Below, piece by piece: positions 57,788 to 64,000 of a stretch of 64,000 nucleotides of DNA. The stretch is from Azolla caroliniana. Its lineage: Eukaryota; Plantae; Polypodiophyta. Position numbers and translations under genes: made by a program. Position 1 is the stretch's first letter. The number at the start of each line of letters is the position of its first letter. The notes below the pieces were generated by a model. That model ran no database searches. It was given only the letters and a program-made list of their open reading frames with translations, and was not told where the DNA came from. The DNA is taken from contig JBHGNT010000018.1 of the NCBI GenBank assembly GCA_043228905.1, forward strand, positions 3,472,001 to 3,536,000, written 5' to 3'.

Positions 57788-60700
57788 ACGCCTTCTAAGA
57801 CCAAAATTGGCCCATGAGACAATTGGTTTACAACAAAAATGGGGTATTTACCCATTCATCAAAAGTAAAAATAAAATAACTTATGCGAAAAGAGTTCTAG
57901 TATTGTACAAAACGTGTTATGGTGCAACATATTCCCTAAAGGATATGGCTTTGTATTAGGCCTAGTTTCATTTCCATCCAAGTCTTTTGAATAGAAGTGG
58001 AAGATCAAAGGGTTTCGATGCGGTTGTAGCCCATGGTCCCAATGTAAACGGTACCCCAACCATAGCTTCTATGCAGTGTAGTTCATGTTCTCTTATTTTC
58101 TTAATTGCTTCTACACCATGTCAAGTTGCTTTGAAGCCCGATATCCAAGGGTGTTTGGTTGTTCTTTGGTTCTTTGCTTCAGCAAGGGAGAGGCTGAGTG
58201 GTGCAAGTGTGTCCACATTCATCGTCTCCCCCTATCCCTGAAAAAGTTCACTAGTTACATGTTGGGGAATATTCGAAAGGTTATTGTTAGCATTTTGTAG
58301 CTTATTCTCTCTACAATGTTTTAGCTCTAAGATATATCTAAATAATTTCTTTATATTTCATGTATCTAATAGTTTGGAGAGGGTGGGGGAGGGTCCGAGT
58401 ATGTCTTGGTATTTTGCCCTTATCTCGGCGTAAGTTTTACATTTGAATGTAAAGTAGTATTCACCCTCGACCTCTATGTGGCATAATCTACATATCCTTT
58501 CCTCTCTAGGGACTCCATTAGTACAACCATTCTCAAACTCAAGTTGGTGAGATGATATTCTAAGTTGTCCAATGGCAAGGCAACCCTTAGTGCATTCGGC
58601 AAGAATGTATCTAGATATTTTGGTTGTGTAATAAAACCTAACTTAGAGAGGTGTATGAAGTGTTCCTTATAGTACAAAATTTTAGATGGGAGTGGCTCTC
58701 ATGGGGTGATCCATTTATATCGAGTGTAAATTTGCCATATTTCTTGGTGTATTACTTTATTACGGTCCTCATGAGAGATTAAAGTTTTATCAGGCATGTG
58801 GTTGTACCTAAGGGGAGGTATTTTATTAATGTCTAGGACATTTGCAAGAAGCCAACTCACCACAATGCTATATCAAGAGCTAGTGTCTTTGGACTCGTAG
58901 AGTGATCGAGATGCCTCAAAAGCTTGACGAGATATCCTATCTTGTGGTTGGCTATGTATCCTATGAATAAAAACTACAAGTTGGAAAAGTGCTTCTACTA
59001 ACATCGGGGGTAAAGTGAACTATGCTCTAATAATGTCATGTGGTACTGTTGATTTGCTTCGGAGTTGACGTGATAACATCATCACCAATTGTCTCTCTAA
59101 TTGCGTCCCCATGAAAGATGGTAGCCTTGGAGTCCAACCTACTGATGCATATATGAGGGAAGGAGTCACTAATGAGTCGAAGAGCCACCCCTTAGTTCGT
59201 GGCTCTTGAAAGTATGCCTAGTGGCATTTTCTTTCTAAGGTGAGAGGGACGCATATCCTCTCATTAGTCTGCTATCGAAAATTTACTTGAGCAATCATTG
59301 AAAGTGACTCCAAGATATACATATGATCCAACTACCTCAATTGGTATATGAGAGAGGGTTAGGTTACATGTAGTCCTAACTCGAGCAGATGTGTGAAAGA
59401 TAAAGACTTTTAGTTTTTCCTAGATTCACTACCAATCCTTGTTGTGTGCAAAAGTCATCTAAGGCATTAAGGTGCCTTTGTAGGTCGTGTTCCGACTCTA
59501 AGAGCAAAACTATGTTGTCTACATAGAGCAAGAGACTAACTTGTGTACCCCCAAGGACTACTCCTTTGCCTCCCTTATGAGCAATAAAATAAGTGATCTC
59601 ATCAATGTAGATCCCAAAAAGCGTCGGTGATAGAGGGAAACGTTGTTTTACACCAATAGTGCTAGTGAAACAATTGGATAGGCCACCTGGGCATTGTATG
59701 CACCGGGAGACTTGCTCGTATAAAGCATAGATAGCCTGAATCATGTCATATGGTATTTTCAGGCTTTTAAGCCTATCAAACAACAGTTCTCTTGGGACAG
59801 TGTCAAACGCTTTGCGGAAGCCCAAAAAACAATAATATAATTTCTTCTTGCGAGCCTTTGTTTGGTCAATTAAACATCTAAGTGTGAAGATATGGTCAAT
59901 AGTGGAGAAAGCTCGTTTAAAGCCAGCTTGTTCAGGTGCTTGAAGACTTAAGGTCTCCATATAATCCCTAAGCTTTGCTTCCATTACTGCACCATATAAT
60001 CTAATGGGTGTATGACCTATCATAATGGTCCTATATGTATTCGGGTCCATGGGGTCCCCTTCTTTATGTATAGGGGCCATTGTGGTGGAAAACCCTTGGC
60101 GAGGGCGCGGTTGAAGATTAGAGTGAGGAAAGGGGCTAGGCACTCTTGAGCATATATGATGTGTTCAGCTCACGATCTTGTGTGGTCCATGAACTTCCTA
60201 TGTTGTAATTTCTTTATGACCTTCGTGACCCTAGAGTTTGTGAAAAGTGTTCCCATGGTAGGCCAAGGTGTGGAAGGCATGGGAATGGGTGGCTGGTTTG
60301 AGACTTGGTAAAGTCTCTTTGTATATGTGTGCCAAGTGTTGGGATCCTCGATGGGTGTTTGTGGTCTTGGTTCCCCTAGTTGCTTCCATGCAATGGCGCA
60401 ATCACTACTCATGAGCATGTGGTAGATTTCCCAATACTGCGATGCCTCCCACACCGGTCTCTTATGAAGTGTCATCTTGCGCATTTCCTTGCGGGCCTGT
60501 ATTGAGGAAATAGTACTACTAAGTCACGATACTTTAAGTTGTCTATATAAGTCTCTACAATTCATCATACCATCTATTCTGTGGCATAGATCCTACTCTG
60601 CTTTGATCGGAGTGTTTCGTGTATGGGAAACTACTAATTGCTGCAGAATGAAGGATGTGTGTGAGTTCTGTAGTAAGGAAGAATTAAGAGTGTTTCGTGT

Positions 60701-63482
60701 ATGGGAAACTACTAATTGCTGCAGAATGAAGGATGTGTGTGAGTTCTGTAGTAAGGAAGGCATGGGAATGGGTGGCTGGTTTGAGACTTGGTAAAGTCTC
60801 TTTGTATATGTGTGCCAAGTGTTGGGATCCTCGATGGGTGTTTGTGGTCTTGGTTCCCCTAGTTGCTTCCATGCAATGGCGCAATCACTACTCATGAGCA
60901 TGTGGTAGATTTCCCAATACTGCGATGCCTCCCACACCGGTCTCTTATGAAGTGTCATCTTGCGCATTTCCTTGCGGGCCTGTATTGAGGAAATAGTACT
61001 ACTAAGTCACGATACTTTAAGTTGTCTATATAAGTCTCTACAATTCATCATACCATCTATTCTGTGGCATAGATCCTACTCTGCTTTGATCGGAGTGTTT
61101 CGTGTATGGGAAACTACTAATTGCTGCAGAATGAAGGATGTGTGTGAGTTCTGTAGTAAGGAAGAATTAAGAGAGGAGAGATGGGCTTGAAAATGTTGGG
61201 AGTAGATGTCAGAGAGCTCATGTGTGAAATGTATTGTGGTGTGATGGCTTTAGAGAGAGAGAGAGAGAGAGATTCATTTATTTATTCATTTGTTTTTGTC
61301 TTGTAGCTGTTTGAATTGGCCACAGCATGTCAAGTTGTGATATGTTGTAGGGTCGCTCCTTCGCAAAAAGCGAATATTGTTTCCCTTATCAAGGAAAAAG
61401 CACAAGAAATGACTTTAGCAATAGGGGATGGTAAGATTTTTATCATGTCTTATGTTATTGCTTTGAATAAATGATATTTCATTTTGACAGTCCTTCATTC
61501 ACAGGAGCAAATGATGTACCCATGTTACAGAAAGCCCATGTTGGCATTGGACTCAGTGGTCAAGAAGGAAGGCAAGCAGTTATGTCTTCTGATTTTTCTA
61601 TGGGTCAGTTCAGATTTTTGAGCAAGTTGTTACTGGTTCATGGGCATTGGAATTATCAACGATTATCCTACATGGTTCTTTATAATTTTTATCGAAATGC
61701 TGTGTTTGTCATGATGCTATTTTGGTAAGTAATGATGAAGCACTTTGGATCTTATAATGCTTGAGTAATCTCTCTTTCTCTCAGCAGAAAATCAATGATA
61801 AAAACTCCTCTAATCAATGTGTTGATGTTGTACAAGGATGTGATTTAGCTTCCATTATAGCCTTTCTTGGTTCTGTTTTCTTATACGTAGGACAAAATTT
61901 CAATTGGCAAATATTTGGTTTGCTGTTTACCCTACTCTTGGTGACACTCTTATACTTGGCCTCATGAGTTGTTGAAGTGGAACTCTGTTTGTATAAAAAT
62001 TCCTTATATATGTTCCATGGATCAAACAATTGAGGGCCTACAGATTGTAGGTGTAGTTGTCTCACTATGTCTTTTTGTTGAGTGAAATTGTATTTGAGGT
62101 AAGTTAGGCTTATATTTTTTTCATCAAGAATTATATAGATTAAGCAAGGAAAAACCCAATAATGTAAAAGTATAAATATCTAAAAAAATTGCTGTTATTA
62201 TGAATAAGAATAAACTAAAATTCCTTTCTTCCAACTGTTAAAAATAAAGCTAGTGAAGTTGTATTCTTATATTAGTTATTATTATATTAACCCTTTTGAT
62301 TCCTTAATGAAATTTGTTATCTCAGTTTCTCTATAATGTTCGACTCTTATAAATGTATGTATATTGTACATGTGTGTTTTGTGTGTTCTAGTAATGCCCG
62401 TCACAACATGTAAGTATGGATATGATTTAAATTTGGCTTAACCTGATGTTTTGTTGTGTAGGTACATACTTCAAACAGCTTTCTCAGCCTCATCTGCCAT
62501 CATCGATTGGAATCTTATGTTCTATTCTTTGATCTACACATCAGTCCCAACTATTATTGTAGGAATTTTTGATAAGGACATTACTCAAAGAACTTTGCTT
62601 GAGCATCCTCCTTTGTATGGTGCTGGACAGAGGGATGAAAATTACAACAGTCTCCTGTTTTGGGTTACAATGTTGGATACACTTTGGCAGAGTTTGGTTC
62701 TCTTTTATGTTCCACTTTACACTTATGAAGTCAGTACTATTGATATCTGGAGCATAGGAAGTTTATGGACCATTGCTGTTGTTATCCTGGTCAATCTTCA
62801 CCTTGCAATGGATGTACAACGATGGACGTGGATTACGCATTTGGCAATCTGGGGCTCTATTGGATCAACATTTTGTTGTCTATTTGTTCTTGATGCCATC
62901 AGACTTGAAGCCTTTTTACCACACTTTTGGTAATTACAAATACATCACTCTTTTACATAATTTAAAGTGGCACATTTTCCATTTTGAAATTTGAAGGAAT
63001 TGATAGGGCATTTGGATTTAAGCAATCCCCACAAATTTCACACATAAACTACATACACATAAGTCCTTATATGCATGAAAGGTATTCAAATCTCGGTAAT
63101 TCCGCTAATTTACTAGAGGACACTGGATCGACGGAGTTGAACAAATGACCTTCTGCACCTTGGTCAGACCTAACACTGTGAAAGTAAAATAGGGAAAATA
63201 TACGATGTAATAAAGATGTGTGGAAGTCCGACTTTGATCCAACGTTTTGTATTGATAGTCTAATAGCTGATTTGTATTTTGTTTTGTAGGGTCATATTCA
63301 AAATTGTTACTACTTTCAACTATTGGTATGACATTATTCTTATTGTTGTTCTTGCTCTATTACCACGTTTCTTTGTAAAAGCTGTGGTACAGAGAGTTTG
63401 GCCTTCGGATATCCACATTGCCAGAGAAGTTGAAGCATGCAGGTGGTCTAATATTAGGCGACCATCGTCAAGGCTTAGATAA
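50903..63482 (+). CDS. ALA1: P4-ATPase phospholipid flippase, ALA1 clade, 7 coding exons
   Basis: Exons 50903-52709, 52804-53122, 53219-54020, 61307-61430, 61505-61724, 62462-62929 and 63290-63482 splice in frame. Motifs: [70 protein letters not shown] resembles the ALA1 clade. Intron 3 is 7.3 kb and TE-filled. Confidence 0.94.
55750..56200 (-). mobile_element. Decayed LINE 3' fragment in flippase intron 3
   Basis: [25 protein letters not shown]...VASEEHM resembles the LINE C-terminal motif RxSSHxLxIExGR...C..C...E.E.H. Confidence 0.55.
56621..57747 (-). mobile_element. 5'-truncated RTE/L2-group LINE between (TA)n(GA)n (56532-56620) and (GA)n (57748-57784) tracts
   Basis: [31 protein letters not shown] and [11 protein letters not shown] are the same family as 22870-23638. 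Confidence 0.88.
58400..60600 (-). mobile_element. Decayed LINE with RT, a different RTE/L2-group family
   Basis: ORF 60143-59376: PIHKEGD...[49 protein letters not shown]-terminal SSH-L...CRLC region near 58550-58470. Confidence 0.85.
60272..61173. repeat. Apparently identical tandem duplication (offset 483 bp) with a nested ~77-bp duplication
   Basis: 60272-60690 matches 60755-61173, and 60691-60759 repeats 60613-60681. Confidence 0.93.
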
Positions 63483-64000
63483 ATTAACTGGCTCGTCCCA
63501 CGAAGACATCTTTCAAGTTAAGGAAATCTAATCTGCAGAAAAATGTTGCTAAGATTCTCTTTTCTTTACTCTTTGCTCGAGATGATCGATTATAAGTAAG
63601 ATTCTAAGAGAGCATGATGTACATTCAGATGTCCCTTAAATGGGGATATACGATTATGTCATTGTATGATATGTTCCTACATTCTTTAGACAAACAATAT
63701 TCCCAATAAAATATTTGGTTCCCCCATTGTCTCCTCCCCCCAAACCCCCTCAATGGTGGTTCCTTGTACTTTGGAGTGAAATGAAATGAGTGATATTAAC
63801 ATTTGCAGAAGATCAAAATGCCGTATGTGAGAAAGAGGTTCAAGAAGGTTCTTATCCATGTGCCTCCTTTTTGTTATTGAGAATCAATTTTCACTAATTC
63901 TTTTGTGAGCAACGATGTCATCATTCCTAATTTCTGTCTGTAGAGAATTACCTTATAATGGTACCGTTCCCCTATATCTTTTTTGTGCACTATAGTTTAT

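Overview
Eukaryotic plant genomic DNA, probably from a fern or other seed-free plant. This is inferred from the long PLS-PPR gene, the Tcn1/Tf1-like chromoviruses and a spliced CimA-type fragment. There are three host genes: an intronless-looking PLS-class PPR gene (-, 640-3321), an 8-exon argininosuccinate synthase (-, 4663-8235) and a 7-exon ALA1-type P4-ATPase flippase (+, 50903-63482). Between them lie about 42 kb of transposon debris that resolves into precise nested insertions with TSDs: RTE/L2-type LINE > L1 > tandem array > Gypsy > Copia > mini-Gypsy. The window also holds a hAT MITE, a solo LTR, a decayed 26S rRNA fragment, a duplicated ASS exon, and a spliced pseudogene fragment of bacterial-type citramalate synthase. 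The most notable pattern is in the Gypsy LTRs. They lack a tRNA PBS but show covarying PBS:R-region complementarity (Tf1-like self-priming). Three different LTR families also carry an outward-facing tRNA-like A/B-box module at the LTR 5' end. All alignments and family calls were made by eye, with no database search.
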